From NCBI GenBank assembly GCA_039815375.1, contig JBCBZJ010000012.1, positions 1 to 64,000 on the forward strand: DNA of 64,000 nt, in the 5' to 3' direction. A program made the position numbers and the translations under genes. Below, piece after piece: positions 42,867-53,790 of this stretch. Below the pieces are notes generated by a model. The model was given only the letters and a program-made list of their open reading frames with translations, made no database searches and was not told where the DNA came from. This DNA comes from Verrucomicrobiota bacterium. GTDB taxonomy: Bacteria > Verrucomicrobiota > Verrucomicrobiia > Opitutales > Coraliomargaritaceae. Within the stretch, counting starts at the first letter, position 1. Each line of letters opens with the position of its first letter.

Positions 42867-42991
42867 GGATAACAAGGCGTCGATCTCAACACCTGACCCT
42901 TTTCGAGTTGATCGCGTCATGATGGCTCAATCCTCAACTCAGAGGTCGGAGTCCACCCTCGGTCAGGTGTGAGATGACTCGGACGTTAGAT
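42867..42991 (+). other. attC4
   Basis: GGATAAC-aaggc-GTCGATCT...AGATGAC-tcggac-GTTAGAT with inner stem ACACCTGACC/GGTCAGGTGT. Confidence 0.9.
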
Positions 42992-42995
42992 AAAA

Positions 42996-43367
42996 ATGAA
43001 ACCATTCATCTACCTACTTTTGCTTCTGCCGCTCGGCAGCTTTGTTGCTGGAGAACAATCATACAAAGAGAAAACAAAAGAAGAACTCTTCGTTCCAAGC
43101 GAGCCTGATAAACAACCTCAACTCATAAGCCAAATCTCCTTCGACTACCCCAAAGAGGTAAAGAAAGAAGGAATATCTGGAATCGTATCGTGCGAATTCA
43201 TCGTGGGTCCAAAAGGAACTGTTACCTCTATTGAAATAACCAAATCTCCAGACAGTAGACTTTCCGAAGAAGTAAAGAAGACCATATCCAACGCAAGATT
43301 CACGCCTGGGATGAAAAGTGGCCAAGCTGTTTCGGTCAGGATGAACATCAATGTCCCATTCAAATAG
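42996..43367 (+). CDS. Cassette 5: TonB C-terminal domain protein
   Basis: YPKEVKKEGISGIVSCEFIV...FTPGMKSGQAV. Confidence 0.85.
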   Translation: MKPFIYLLLLLPLGSFVAGEQSYKEKTKEELFVPSEPDKQPQLISQISFDYPKEVKKEGISGIVSCEFIVGPKGTVTSIEITKSPDSRLSEEVKKTISNARFTPGMKSGQAVSVRMNINVPFK

Positions 43368-43370
43368 AAG

Positions 43371-43400
43371 ATCTAACCAGCCAGAGCAGGCCCGTTGAAT
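43371..43400 (+). other. attC5 (internally deleted)
   Basis: ATCTAAC-cagcc-AGAGCAGG-ccc joined directly to GTTGAAT. Confidence 0.7.
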
Positions 43401-43406
43401 AAGATA

Positions 43407-44507
43407 ATGAAACGTATATTCGCCGCACTTTCATTAACTGTGATCTTTGCGATTTGCAGTTACGCGAGATCTCTCAACGAAATGGAGCTTTCGGAGATTC
43501 GCTCTCTTTTCCAAGAACACATGGACAATATAGAAATGGAAGGAATTGTTCTGGAGGGAAGTCGATCAGAAGCACGGGTTGCGACTCTCAGCAACGACGG
43601 AAGCCTTATTGCAGTAGGGTTCGGAAAGAGAATTTCACCCAGTCCTAATCAACCAAATTTTACCGACTCACAGGTTAAGATTTACTCAGCAGAGAACTTC
43701 GAGAAGGTCGCCGAACTTACTACACCAGAGAATGGCATTCCATATTCAATGGCTTTCAGCTCAGATAAGACGCGATTGCTTGTAGGCTACGAAGAGGGAG
43801 CGATACTTTGGGATCTAGAATCAGCACTTCCGGTATCAGTCTTCTTACCGAAAAATCCAACAGGATTCGACAATCCACCACCAATGAGAATAGACGCATG
43901 TGGTTTCTCTAGTGACGAAGAACACGCCCTACTAGCAGGCGGAAGCGTAGTTTCTATCTATGAGGTTAAAAGCAAAGAAGAGCTCACCTACTTCCGAACA
44001 CCGTGGATCAAGACTGCATCTTATCTACCTTCAGGAGACATCATCACGGGGCACGCTGGAGTAGCTAACGATGTCAGAGTCTACGATTCTAAGACAGGAG
44101 ACCTCAAACGATCATTTAAGTGTAGGAGTGAGATCAAATCAGTCATATATGAATCTTCTGGCGGAGTCGCCTATATTGCTGCTTTTAATCCCGAGAATCA
44201 TGCCGTTGTCGATATTTACAAATGGGATCTCGAAAGCGATGCACCCTCACGAGAACCCTTATCACTAGTCGGCCACAAAGACAATGTCTCTGCAGTTCAG
44301 TTCATGCTATCGATCGGCTCGATTCTTACCTCAAGCTACGACCGAACAACCAAAAGATGGAGTGCTGAAACCGGCGAGTTGCAGTCTACTTTTGAATTGA
44401 AGAATGCGCTGGCAACCCAGCATTCGCTTGCGATCATAGAGAACTTTAACCCTGTGGTCCTCAAAATGGAACAATCCAATAAGTCGGGAGATGACAACTC
44501 CGAGTAA
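43407..44507 (+). CDS. Cassette 6: exported WD40-repeat protein
   Basis: Signal peptide; AFSSD..LL.G....LWD; GHKDNV...TSSYDRTTKRW. Confidence 0.8.
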   Translation: MKRIFAALSLTVIFAICSYARSLNEMELSEIRSLFQEHMDNIEMEGIVLEGSRSEARVATLSNDGSLIAVGFGKRISPSPNQPNFTDSQVKIYSAENFEKVAELTTPENGIPYSMAFSSDKTRLLVGYEEGAILWDLESALPVSVFLPKNPTGFDNPPPMRIDACGFSSDEEHALLAGGSVVSIYEVKSKEELTYFRTPWIKTASYLPSGDIITGHAGVANDVRVYDSKTGDLKRSFKCRSEIKSVIYESSGGVAYIAAFNPENHAVVDIYKWDLESDAPSREPLSLVGHKDNVSAVQFMLSIGSILTSSYDRTTKRWSAETGELQSTFELKNALATQHSLAIIENFNPVVLKMEQSNKSGDDNSE

Positions 44508-44548
44508 GGCTGCCGCGCTACTCTCTGCGCATCCCCTCCACCTTCGGT
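44474..44548 (+). other. attC6 (cores mutated)
   Basis: ATCCAAT-aagtc-GGGAGATG ... CATCCCC-tccac-CTTCGGT. Confidence 0.75.
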
Positions 44549-44554
44549 AAAGGA

Positions 44555-44872
44555 ATGAACGAAGCACAAGCACAACTTCTATTTTGGAGCGGCATGGGAT
44601 GCTTACCTTTGAGCCTCATTCTGTTTCTCATCGGATTTCAGAAGAAAGAAAAAGGAACGAAGAGAATCCTAGTCTTCACAGGCAGCGTTTCTCTACTTCA
44701 CTTCATCTGGTATTTCCGAACATTAGGTGTCGGCCTAGCAGACAAAACAGGGAACATAGAATATCCAAAGTGGTGGCTGCATATTTTGATTGGAGTCGCC
44801 ATAGGGGGAATTCTTGCATTCCTTAGCACTAAACAAAACACGACCGAACCAGCCAGTGGGATCAACAGCTAA
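44555..44872 (+). CDS. Cassette 7: small 3-TM membrane protein
   Basis: Three hydrophobic segments; ORF reads into attC7. Confidence 0.65.
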   Translation: MNEAQAQLLFWSGMGCLPLSLILFLIGFQKKEKGTKRILVFTGSVSLLHFIWYFRTLGVGLADKTGNIEYPKWWLHILIGVAIGGILAFLSTKQNTTEPASGINS

Positions 44873-44905
44873 CGCTGCCGTAGTCGTCACGCTTTGACGT
44901 TCAGA
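44843..44905 (+). other. attC7 (degenerate L boxes)
   Basis: ACCGAAC-cagcc...ttgac-GTTCAGA; ACCGAAC complements the (G)TTCGGT at the cassette start. Confidence 0.7.
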
Positions 44906-45081
44906 AAAGCAATTGAAGAAGAGCAATCAGACGTTTTTTTTAACCGCTAATTGACGCTAATCCACTACGGCGAAGACAGAAAACTAAACTATCAGAAAAA
45001 GAAGCTCGGGACGCAAAGAAGAAAACCAAAATCTGATGAAACAAAACTCCCCTACCACAGATAACCACCAGAATCGACTGG

Positions 45082-45152
<71 letters not shown>

Positions 45153-45205
45153 GAAAGAAATGAAGAAATTGACTGCGCGTAGAGAGTAGCCATTGTATCC
45201 TCTTT

Positions 45206-45412
45206 ATGCTGCCCGACTTAAAGAAAATGACAAAAGAAGAGAAGTTACTCACAATGAGAAACTTATGGGAAGACTTGTGGCATGGCATAGAAAATTCCCC
45301 CGAAACCTCTGAGATAATAGAGCTGCTTGACCAGCGAGCAGCACGAATCGGATCTGGTGAGGCCGAACTTCTCGACTGGGACAAGGTGAAGGGAAGCATC
45401 GGTCGTGCATGA
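45206..45412 (+). CDS. Cassette 9: addiction-module antitoxin component
   Basis: EKLLTMRNLWEDL...LDQR...DWDKVK; ATGA overlap with the toxin gene. Confidence 0.8.
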   Translation: MLPDLKKMTKEEKLLTMRNLWEDLWHGIENSPETSEIIELLDQRAARIGSGEAELLDWDKVKGSIGRA

Positions 45413-45711
45413 AGCGAATCAAGATTTCATCTGATGCGCTTTCCGATCTGAATGAAGGTTTTTTGTTTTACGAGCAGCAGGACCAAGGGCTAGGAGATTA
45501 TTTTACTTCGTGCCTTCGCTCGGATATTGAGGAATGGAAGATTTCCGGAGGTGCACACCGAATCGTTCATCGTCATTTTCATCGTAGTCTATCCCGAGTG
45601 TTTCCTTATGGGATATTCTACACCCTAGAAGATAATATAGTGACCATCTTTGCGGTGGTCGACCTGCGAAGAGACCCTGAATTTATTCGTCGACATCTGA
45701 ACAAAATCTAA
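45409..45711 (+). CDS. Cassette 9: RelE/ParE family toxin
   Basis: ALSDLNEGFLFYEQQDQGLGDYF...FPYGIFY...AVVDLRRDP. Confidence 0.85.
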   Translation: MKRIKISSDALSDLNEGFLFYEQQDQGLGDYFTSCLRSDIEEWKISGGAHRIVHRHFHRSLSRVFPYGIFYTLEDNIVTIFAVVDLRRDPEFIRRHLNKI

Positions 45712-45712
45712 A

Positions 45713-45787
45713 TCTCAACCAATCGCTAGTATCAATTCCGTTGCGGATCTGCCTCTACTCCATGATACAGCTCAGGGCATATTCTAA
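45713..45787 (+). other. attC9 (R' degenerate)
   Basis: TCTCAAC-caatc-GCTAGTAT ... ATACAGC ... ATTCTAA. Confidence 0.7.
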
Positions 45788-45789
45788 AA

Positions 45790-46653
45790 ATGAAAACACA
45801 ATTTTTAGCACTTCTATTGTCGTCAGCTATCGCACAGTGCGAAATACTTGTGACTTCTGATTTAAACCTACGGGTGTTTCCTGCCGTATCTGAAAGCGGG
45901 TCACCACTAGTATACGACTATTATGAGCTAGACCTCAATTCGGACGGAGACGTTGACTTACGATTGAACGGCCATGCAGTGCATGTCGTATTCCAGCCCT
46001 ATATCGACGAAATCAGATATTCATTACTCGTTACGACAACGAATAATACAGAGGTATTGTGCTTCAATGCACCGCAAGGCCCCGAGGAGCCATATTATAC
46101 GGTTTTTGCCACACTTTCGAATTCAGTCGAAATCCCTCAAAGCCCAGAAGGACCATTCTTCAGTTGGGAATCGGGCAGCTTCCACTATGACCCAATAGTT
46201 GGTGGGGCGATTGCATCGCGAGACAGCTACCTGGCAGTCCGCATTTTTGATGGCGAAGCGTATCAGTATGGCTGGGTTCACTTAGCCTTTCCAGAGGAAT
46301 ACGAAATGCACGAAAGAGAAGGAACTGTATTCGAATATGTTAGCATTACCGGCCTAGCGAAAGTCACTTCAACAGCCGTAGAATTGATTCCGAATGAAAT
46401 GATCTCAGCTGGCGAAGGGAGAATCATTTCCAATCTACCCTTCAGGGAGTCACTTGAACTAGCTGGAAGCGAAAAACTACATTTAAAAGTCAATAATGTA
46501 GGCGGGAAGATATGTGAGATTTTTTCTTCCAGTGATTTGGTGACGTGGAATCGTATGGACGTTGTTTCTCCGTCGATGGGTTTAGAATACGAAATAGAAA
46601 GAAATAAACAGAAGGAGTTCTTTCGGGTGCTTGTTAGCGAAAACATGGAATAG
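45790..46653 (+). CDS. Cassette 10: exported protein
   Basis: Signal peptide; DLNSDGDVD; YGWV; C-terminal SSDLVTW...FFRV. Confidence 0.7.
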   Translation: MKTQFLALLLSSAIAQCEILVTSDLNLRVFPAVSESGSPLVYDYYELDLNSDGDVDLRLNGHAVHVVFQPYIDEIRYSLLVTTTNNTEVLCFNAPQGPEEPYYTVFATLSNSVEIPQSPEGPFFSWESGSFHYDPIVGGAIASRDSYLAVRIFDGEAYQYGWVHLAFPEEYEMHEREGTVFEYVSITGLAKVTSTAVELIPNEMISAGEGRIISNLPFRESLELAGSEKLHLKVNNVGGKICEIFSSSDLVTWNRMDVVSPSMGLEYEIERNKQKEFFRVLVSENME

Positions 46654-46654
46654 G

Positions 46655-46676
46655 TTAGAACCAGGGACGCTTGCTA
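46655..46676 (+). other. attC10 (truncated)
   Basis: TTAGAAC-caggg, complementary to the (G)TTCTAA cassette start; no right arm found. Confidence 0.55.
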
Positions 46677-47042
46677 CTACCTGTTCGCAAGACCGGGAAA
46701 GTGCCTCGGAGGCCTGAAGGCAAGGCCTTTCACCTTTGCTAGTAAATCGAGCGCCACCGGTGGTCGCCCGAAAGTAAAGACGTCCTGTGCATCCGTTTTC
46801 AGAAACTCCTCCTGAGAAATCACATCGGTCGGCAGACCGAATGCGGTGAAGGCCTTCATCAGGCTCTGAAAATTTTTCCCTGTGGGGTTGATCCAGACAT
46901 CCATATCTCCGGTTACGGGATGGTAGCCGTGTAAAACGACCGCGTAACTGCCGACCAGAATTGATTCAACGCGTGCCTGATCAAGACAATGTAAAAAATC
47001 GACAAAGTCCTGATTAAAGAGCTCTGGATGAAGCGTTCTCAC
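46677..47042 (-). pseudogene. C-terminally truncated minimal nucleotidyltransferase
   Basis: FNQDFVDF...VGSYAVVLHGY..TGDMDVWI...FGRPPVALDLL..VKGL, then diverges; GTG start overlaps the upstream TGA. Confidence 0.65.
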
Positions 47043-47233
47043 CGACGTCGACGAACCTGAAAAGCTGTTTTGTCCATCTGCGGCCACTCTCCGGTCGCGA
47101 AGCCATAAGCAAGTGACATGAGATATTGAAAGGTCTTGGCCTTTTCCTGTGGCGACATCTGCGAGTAGTGCCTACGGTGATCGGCCGCATCGGCAAAGCT
47201 CTGTCTGGAAAAAGCAGTTTTATCGAGTCGCAT
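47039..47233 (-). CDS. Small hypothetical protein coupled to the nucleotidyltransferase
   Basis: MRLDKTAF...MDKTAF; GTGA overlap. Confidence 0.6.
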   Translation of the reverse strand: MRLDKTAFSRQSFADAADHRRHYSQMSPQEKAKTFQYLMSLAYGFATGEWPQMDKTAFQVRRRR

Positions 47234-47302
47234 GAATCTGAAAAAAGTGCTTTGAGAGAAGAAGCAATGCCGGAGCTTGCTCTGGATCTGATACTGTTCG
47301 CC

Positions 47303-48412
47303 TTAGAAATCCTGCTTCAGCAGCCAGTATCGAAGAAAGGGATTGGAAAAAACCACTTTATCGCCGGAGCGCCAGAGCACACCTTTATCCAGCATGGCAT
47401 CCATGGCTCGACTGGCGGTGGCGGTGGAGTCGATGCCGATCCGCTTGCGAAAATCCGCCGAAGTGTGGCCCACGCCAGGCATTTGCGCGATACCGGAAAG
47501 CAGGCGCTTTTGGTTGGTCGCGAGCACACTCCATAAATCGTGAAAGCTGGTATCCTGCATAGCTGCAATACCATCGAGCGTGGCCTCTAGAAGCTCTAAA
47601 CCGATAGTCTGTCCGGGAGCACTTGCCTCCCATAGACCGTGACACACTTGCTGAACATCACCGGGAATGTCGTCAACCAGATCGAAAAGCGGCTCCCATA
47701 CAGTTGGCTCTACAGTCCGCTTACCCGCTTCAAAACGCTGTACCAACCAGAGAATAAATTCGTTACGCTGGATCGGTCCGACCTCAAGCACAGACACGCT
47801 CTTAAGAAAGGGATTTTTCTCAACAAAGAACATTTGCCGCAGTGAATTCTGGTCACTACCTGCAAACAGGTAGAATACATCCGGCTGCTTCTGTATGACA
47901 CTGCGCATACTGCCCAGCACATCCGCAGCATCATCTATCTCAGTGAGCGCCTGAAACTCGTCAAAAAAAACGACGACCGGACGGTTTTTATTGATCGCAT
48001 CGAACAGCTCCAGCAGGTCCTCCAGCCCTTTGGCATTGCCGTGCCAGCCAGCCTTAAAGCCACCAAACCCGAACTCACGCAACTGTCCCAGGACTTCCTG
48101 AACCTTAACACGCAGCCCGGATGCCAGAGGCATTCGCCCGATGGCCCGATGCAACTTTTCGATAACGCGCTGACGGTCCTGCACGCCAAAAAAATCCGCC
48201 TCCACCAGCCAGCATTTCTTCTTTTCCTCCAATCGCCTAAAGGTGTCGACAATCAACGAGGTTTTCCCGGTGCGGCGGGGCCCTTGAACAAGCAGGTTCT
48301 GCCGACTCTTAAAATAGGTCAGAAGGGCGGTTTCCAAATCCGGTCGTGGAGCAGCCGCATCTTCAGAGACTAAACTGGTGTAGTGAAACGGGTTCTTTCC
48401 TTTTCTGGCCAT
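47303..48412 (-). CDS. AAA/archaeal-type ATPase with C-terminal wHTH
   Basis: NPF; GPRRTGKTS Walker A; VFFDEFQ Walker B; NPFLRYWL. Confidence 0.85.
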   Translation of the reverse strand: MARKGKNPFHYTSLVSEDAAAPRPDLETALLTYFKSRQNLLVQGPRRTGKTSLIVDTFRRLEEKKKCWLVEADFFGVQDRQRVIEKLHRAIGRMPLASGLRVKVQEVLGQLREFGFGGFKAGWHGNAKGLEDLLELFDAINKNRPVVVFFDEFQALTEIDDAADVLGSMRSVIQKQPDVFYLFAGSDQNSLRQMFFVEKNPFLKSVSVLEVGPIQRNEFILWLVQRFEAGKRTVEPTVWEPLFDLVDDIPGDVQQVCHGLWEASAPGQTIGLELLEATLDGIAAMQDTSFHDLWSVLATNQKRLLSGIAQMPGVGHTSADFRKRIGIDSTATASRAMDAMLDKGVLWRSGDKVVFSNPFLRYWLLKQDF

Positions 48413-48512
48413 AACCAAAAAGAAACAAATTGTTTCCTGAAGTCAACAAATGCGTAGCAACTTAATGTGAATTTAAGCCGCAGGATAGTTGCTGGAGACC
48501 GCCAGAATATGC

Positions 48513-51041
48513 TTACCCGACCTTTACTGGCTTAAGCTTCCAGATCTGATCCGCGTATTCGCTGATGGTCCGGTCGGAGGAGAACTTGCCAACGCGAGCG
48601 GTGTTGAGAATCGCCATCTTGGCCCAGTGTTTCTTGTCCTTAAAGGCTTCGCTGACTTCATCCTGTGCACGGATGTAATCAGCGTAGTCGGCAAGACAAA
48701 GGAAGGGATCTCCGCCATCAAGCAAGCTTGAGCACAAAGGGCCAAAGGCATTCTGCTCACCTGGTGTGAAGAAATCAGAGCGGAGCCAATCGATGACTGC
48801 TTTGAGCTCCCAATTACTGTTATAGTAATCGTATGGATTGTAGCCTTTAGCACGAATGGCTTCAACCTCTTCGACCGTGTTGCCGAAGATGAAGATGTTT
48901 TCCTTGCCGACTTCTTCTTCGATCTCGACGTTAGCGCCATCAAGCGTGCCGATAGTAAGGGCACCATTGAGGGCGAGTTTCATATTGCCGGTGCCGGATG
49001 CTTCCTTACCGGCGGTGGAGATTTGCTCGGAGAGGTCGGCCGCAGGAATCATCTTTTCCGCCATGGTGATGCGGTAGTTCTGCGGGAAGACAACCTTGAG
49101 CTTACCCTTTACGCGCTCGTCGTTGTTGATTTTCTCGCCGACCTTGTTGATCGCGCGGATGATGTTCTTGGCCAGAGCATAGCCCGGTGCAGCCTTGGCT
49201 CCGAAGATGAAGACACGCGGTGCGATGTCCAAATCCGGATCGTTGAGCAGGCGGCGGTAGAGTGTGAGAATGTGCAACAGGTTAAGATGCTGGCGCTTGT
49301 ATTCGTGGAGGCGCTTGATCTGTACGTCGAAGAGTGCGTCGGCGCTGATCTCTACGCCGCAGGACTCCTTGGCAAACTCGGCAAAGGCGACCTTATTCGC
49401 ACGCTTGACCGCCATGAACTTTTTCTGGAAAGCGGCATCGTCGGCGTAATCGGCGACCTTCTGGAGCTTATCGAGGTCTTTCGGCCAGTCTTCCCCGATC
49501 TTACCGCTGATCAGATCAGAGAGACCAGGGTTGCAGGCGAGCAACCAGCGACGTGGCGTGATGCCGTTGGTCATGTTGATGAGCTTGTTCGGATAGAGCT
49601 CATGGAAACTGGAGAAGAGGTGCTTCTTCAGCAGCTCGGTATGGAGCGCAGCCACGCCATTGACTTTAGTCGAGCCAACGACTGAGAGGTAAGCCATTCG
49701 AATCATCTTCGGGAAGCCCTCTTCGATGATGGAAAGCTCGGCTTTCTTCGAGCCGTCACCCGGCCAGTGCGCCTCGACCTCCTCGTCAAGAAAACGTGCA
49801 TTGATCTCATAAACGATCTCGAGATGCCGCGGCAAAATCTTTTCGAAAAGCGGCACACTCCACTTCTCGAGAGCTTCAGGGAGGAGAGTGTGATTGGTGT
49901 AGTTGAAAGTCGCGCGAACGATGCCCCAGGCTTCGTCCCAGACCATGCCTTCTTCGTCGATGAGGAGGCGCATGAGCTCGGGCACGGCGACGGAGGGGTG
50001 CGTATCGTTGAGCTGGATAACGTTGAACTCGGGGAAGTCCTTCCAGTCAGAGTGCGCAGCCTTGAAGCGACGGATGATATCCTGCAGCGAACAGCTGACG
50101 AAGAAATACTGTTGGATGAGACGGAGTTCCTTACCGTTCTCAGTGCTGTCGTTTGGATAAAGCACCTTGGAAATAGTTTCGCCCATTGCTTTTTCGCGGA
50201 CGGCTTCAACATAGCCACCTTCGTTGAAGATATTGAGGTCGAACTCACTGGTGGACTTGGACTCCCAGAGACGCAGGAAGTTAACCGTCTCGGCACCGTA
50301 ACCAACAATACCTACGTCAAAAGGGACGCCTTCAAGTGTCTTGTAGTCGACCCAGACCGGATGGAACTGGCCTTTGTCATCCATTTGATGCTCAACGCGG
50401 CCATAGAGCTTAATCGTCTGGGAAAAGTTCGGGCGCATGATTTCCCAGGGGCAACCTTTCTCCTGCCAGACATCGGGATGCTCGATTTGATGGCCATCCT
50501 TAAACTCCTGGCGGAAGAGGCCGAACTCGTAGTGTATGCCGTAGCCAATAGCTGGCAGGTCGAGCGTAGCAAGCGAATCGAGAAAGCAAGCGGCAAGACG
50601 ACCGAGGCCACCGTTCCCGAGACCCATATCGTCTTCTTCATTGACTATTTCGTCGAAGTCCTGACCAAGCGCGGCAAGGGCCTCGCGAGTCTCGTCGTAG
50701 ATACCCGCGTTGTGCAGGTTGTTGATGAGCAAACGGCCCATTAAATATTCCAGACTAAGGTAGTAAGCGCGGCGAACCTTCTTATCGAAATGCGCTTCTT
50801 GTGTCTTCATGAAGCGATCGAGCAAACGGTCCCGAGCCGCATAGCAAGTGGCCAGCCACCACTCGTCATTGCTCGCGCTTTCCGGGTGGCGGGCAAGTGT
50901 GAACCGAAGGTGATTCAAAATGGAAGTCTTCAGCGACTCACAGGAATCACTGATCTTGAAGCGACTTACCTTCGTAGCACCGGAAGAGGCTTTTTTAGCC
51001 CTCTTTTTGGAAGTGGTTTTCTTTTTAACAGATGTGCTCAT
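48513..51041 (-). CDS. glgP: Glycogen/alpha-glucan phosphorylase
   Basis: [42 protein letters not shown]. Confidence 0.97.
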   Translation of the reverse strand: MSTSVKKKTTSKKRAKKASSGATKVSRFKISDSCESLKTSILNHLRFTLARHPESASNDEWWLATCYAARDRLLDRFMKTQEAHFDKKVRRAYYLSLEYLMGRLLINNLHNAGIYDETREALAALGQDFDEIVNEEDDMGLGNGGLGRLAACFLDSLATLDLPAIGYGIHYEFGLFRQEFKDGHQIEHPDVWQEKGCPWEIMRPNFSQTIKLYGRVEHQMDDKGQFHPVWVDYKTLEGVPFDVGIVGYGAETVNFLRLWESKSTSEFDLNIFNEGGYVEAVREKAMGETISKVLYPNDSTENGKELRLIQQYFFVSCSLQDIIRRFKAAHSDWKDFPEFNVIQLNDTHPSVAVPELMRLLIDEEGMVWDEAWGIVRATFNYTNHTLLPEALEKWSVPLFEKILPRHLEIVYEINARFLDEEVEAHWPGDGSKKAELSIIEEGFPKMIRMAYLSVVGSTKVNGVAALHTELLKKHLFSSFHELYPNKLINMTNGITPRRWLLACNPGLSDLISGKIGEDWPKDLDKLQKVADYADDAAFQKKFMAVKRANKVAFAEFAKESCGVEISADALFDVQIKRLHEYKRQHLNLLHILTLYRRLLNDPDLDIAPRVFIFGAKAAPGYALAKNIIRAINKVGEKINNDERVKGKLKVVFPQNYRITMAEKMIPAADLSEQISTAGKEASGTGNMKLALNGALTIGTLDGANVEIEEEVGKENIFIFGNTVEEVEAIRAKGYNPYDYYNSNWELKAVIDWLRSDFFTPGEQNAFGPLCSSLLDGGDPFLCLADYADYIRAQDEVSEAFKDKKHWAKMAILNTARVGKFSSDRTISEYADQIWKLKPVKVG

Positions 51042-51135
51042 GTGGAAAATTGTTTAAAAATGAGTAGCAAAACTAGATGTTCCAAATCGTCTGAAAAGAA
51101 CGAAACGGCCTTCGAATGACGATTTTAACGGCTGC

Positions 51136-52563
51136 TTATACCTCTACACAGGGAAGCAACGCGGCATCTTTCATGCCATGAATGATCTTTTTGTCAGCCG
51201 GGCAAAAAGTAGCCAAAATTCCATGGAGGTCGGCTTGCTGCTGCCTTTCGTTTACAAAGTAATAGGGGCAGAGGCGCATGCGGCCTTCCATCATATAGGT
51301 GCTGCCATCCTCTCGGTAAACCGGATGGCGAAGGCGCGTGGGCTTCTCGTAACTCTGGAGAATATGAAGCGAAGTATCAGCCATAGTGACGGCCTGCTGG
51401 ATCGCTTCCTCCCATTCGCTCTTTGAGGAGTCACTGCCGAGAGTGACACTGCGGGCACCCCATGCACTCTCGTGAAAACCGCTGATCTTGATAATGAGAT
51501 TGCGCTCTTTCTTACCGGCCTGGCTGAGCTGATACCAATCGCAGATGGGGTTACCACCGATAAAGGGCGCATCGAGCACGGCGTTGGGCGGAAGCTCAAC
51601 CGGGTCCATCACCCAAGTCTGCGGAATAACTTTATTAAGGACCTTATAAGACTCTCTCGGCAGGGACTCGCGCCAATAGTCTTCGAGAATATGGTGGTGG
51701 AAGAGTGCTAGATTAAGCTTTTCCTCCTGAAAGTGACGCATCGGTGGGGTCAGGCTGAGCTGTGCAGCCTGACGAGCCTTGAGGAGAAATTCGGCGATGG
51801 AGACATTGGCCAAGTCAAAGAGCTCCCAGAAGCGGTAGATCACGTCGACCTTTTGCGGGTCACCGTCGATACCGACACAGATACTTTCACCAAGCGGCAT
51901 GACCTCGTCAGGATGAAAGACGTGCACCCGGCGGCCGTGCTGACGGAGCTGCGTGGCGAGCCATTCCATCTCAGGGCGATAAGTCGCCGCCTCGTCGCTA
52001 ACCAAAATGGCGATGTAGGGCGCAGTCACCGTCGGTGCTTTCGAACAAAGCACTTCATAGAAGGCCTCGACCATATCTTCCGCACCGGCACCAATCAGCG
52101 CGTCACCGTGGACATCGGTGTAGAGACGGTTGAGAAATGCAGTCAAGCCGATGCCACCGGGAACGGAGTCGATCTCAGTGAGGGCAAAGCCGTCATCCGT
52201 GATCAACAGGTCTGGGCGGATAACCATCGGAGCAGTGCCGCGGATGGCTTTATCCCGGGCGTGCTGAACGAGAGTCTCAGGCTTTCCACGATCAAGGTAT
52301 TCCGCGACCCAAGGGGCGACGAGGTCGCGGTTACGCAGGAGGTTTTTGCCTTCAACTGAGCGCAGATAAAGTATCTCCAGTGCACGGTAAAAATCGTAGC
52401 AGGCCTGACCGATCTTTCGAATCTCGGCAACCTGTCGCCCAGTTAAGGGATAGGCCTTCGGCGAGTAACGCCAGGTCTTGTTTTCGAACAAGCTCTGATC
52501 CGAGAAAGCCTGTAGCGCCGCCTCGTATGTCAAGCCCTCAAAGCTGCCGGTCACCTCAGTCAT
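51136..52563 (-). CDS. Uncharacterised ATP-grasp-like ligase (GSP-synthase/circularly permuted type)
   Basis: [39 protein letters not shown]. Confidence 0.55.
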   Translation of the reverse strand: MTEVTGSFEGLTYEAALQAFSDQSLFENKTWRYSPKAYPLTGRQVAEIRKIGQACYDFYRALEILYLRSVEGKNLLRNRDLVAPWVAEYLDRGKPETLVQHARDKAIRGTAPMVIRPDLLITDDGFALTEIDSVPGGIGLTAFLNRLYTDVHGDALIGAGAEDMVEAFYEVLCSKAPTVTAPYIAILVSDEAATYRPEMEWLATQLRQHGRRVHVFHPDEVMPLGESICVGIDGDPQKVDVIYRFWELFDLANVSIAEFLLKARQAAQLSLTPPMRHFQEEKLNLALFHHHILEDYWRESLPRESYKVLNKVIPQTWVMDPVELPPNAVLDAPFIGGNPICDWYQLSQAGKKERNLIIKISGFHESAWGARSVTLGSDSSKSEWEEAIQQAVTMADTSLHILQSYEKPTRLRHPVYREDGSTYMMEGRMRLCPYYFVNERQQQADLHGILATFCPADKKIIHGMKDAALLPCVEV

Positions 52564-53717
52564 CGTCGGGACTCTTCTCGTTAGCAGCCTGCCGGGAAGT
52601 CGGGCCGCCGGCTCTCAGCCAAGCATGAATAAACGGATCGAGCTCGCCGTCCATCACGGCCTGAACGTTACCGGTCTCCGCCCCGGTGCGGAGGTCCTTC
52701 ACCAGCTGGTAAGGCTGGAAGACGTAAGAGCGTATCTGGTTTCCCCACGCAATATCACCCTTTTCACCATAGAATTTCTCCATCTCGCTACGCTTCTCGT
52801 CCTCCTGCTTTTCATAGAGACGCGATTTCAAGGTGCGCATGGCGGTGGCTTTGTTCTTAATTTGGGACCGGTCGTTTTGACAGGTCACCACAATACCAGT
52901 TGGAAGGTGCGTCAGGCGCACGGCCGACTCTGTTCGGTTGACATGTTGGCCTCCTTTCCCGCTCGCACGATAGACATCGGTGCGGATATCGGCCTCGTCG
53001 ATCTCGATATCTACGTCGTCTTCCATCTCAGCCACGATGTCCACGGAGCAGAAGGAAGTATGGCGGCGGGCATTGGAGTCAAACGGGCTAATACGAACCA
53101 GGCGGTGCACACCCCGCTCTGCCTTGGCATAGCCAAAGGCATTGGCCCCTTCAATACGGATCGTGGCAGAACTGATACCAGCTTCCTCACCGGGCACGAT
53201 GTCGAGCACCTCTGCCTTGTAACCGGACTGTTCGGCCCAACGAGTATACATACGCAGAAGCATATCAGCCCAATCACAGCTCTCGGTTCCTCCAGCACCG
53301 GAATTGATCGACAGGAGTGCGTTGTAACCGTCGTGTGGTCCGCTGAGAAAAGATGCCAACTCGAGTTGATCGAGTTTCGGTAGCAGGCGCTCAACCGTTT
53401 CGACGACTTCCTTCTGGTAAGTCTCCGCCTCGGGGTCCTCACCCATTTCATCAACGAGTTCCAACATGGCCGCCAGATCGTCCAGTTCACCCTGGTAATC
53501 TCTGGCTGGATTCACTGCCGTTTTAAGGCGATTCGATTCACCGATGACTTTTTGCGCCGCTGCCTGATCGTCCCAGAAAGATGGCTCGGCCATCTTAGCT
53601 TCGAGTTCTTCGACTCGCTTTACCTTGGCAGCACCGTCAAAGATACCTCCAGATATGACCGGCCCGGCGGGTGATTTCCTCAATCTGAGTGCGTATTTCA
53701 GGAGTAATCAAATTCAT
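52556..53717 (-). CDS. prfB: Peptide chain release factor 2 with programmed +1 frameshift
   Basis: ATG at 53717, 26 codons to ...TGG AGG TAT CTT TGA C (53636-53642); SPF and GGQ motifs in the +1 frame. Confidence 0.96.
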
Positions 53718-53790
53718 GCCCCGATAGGAACAAAGCAGCCCGAATATTAAAGACAAAAAGTGTTTACCCGCTTTAGATCCGCGTAAATAG

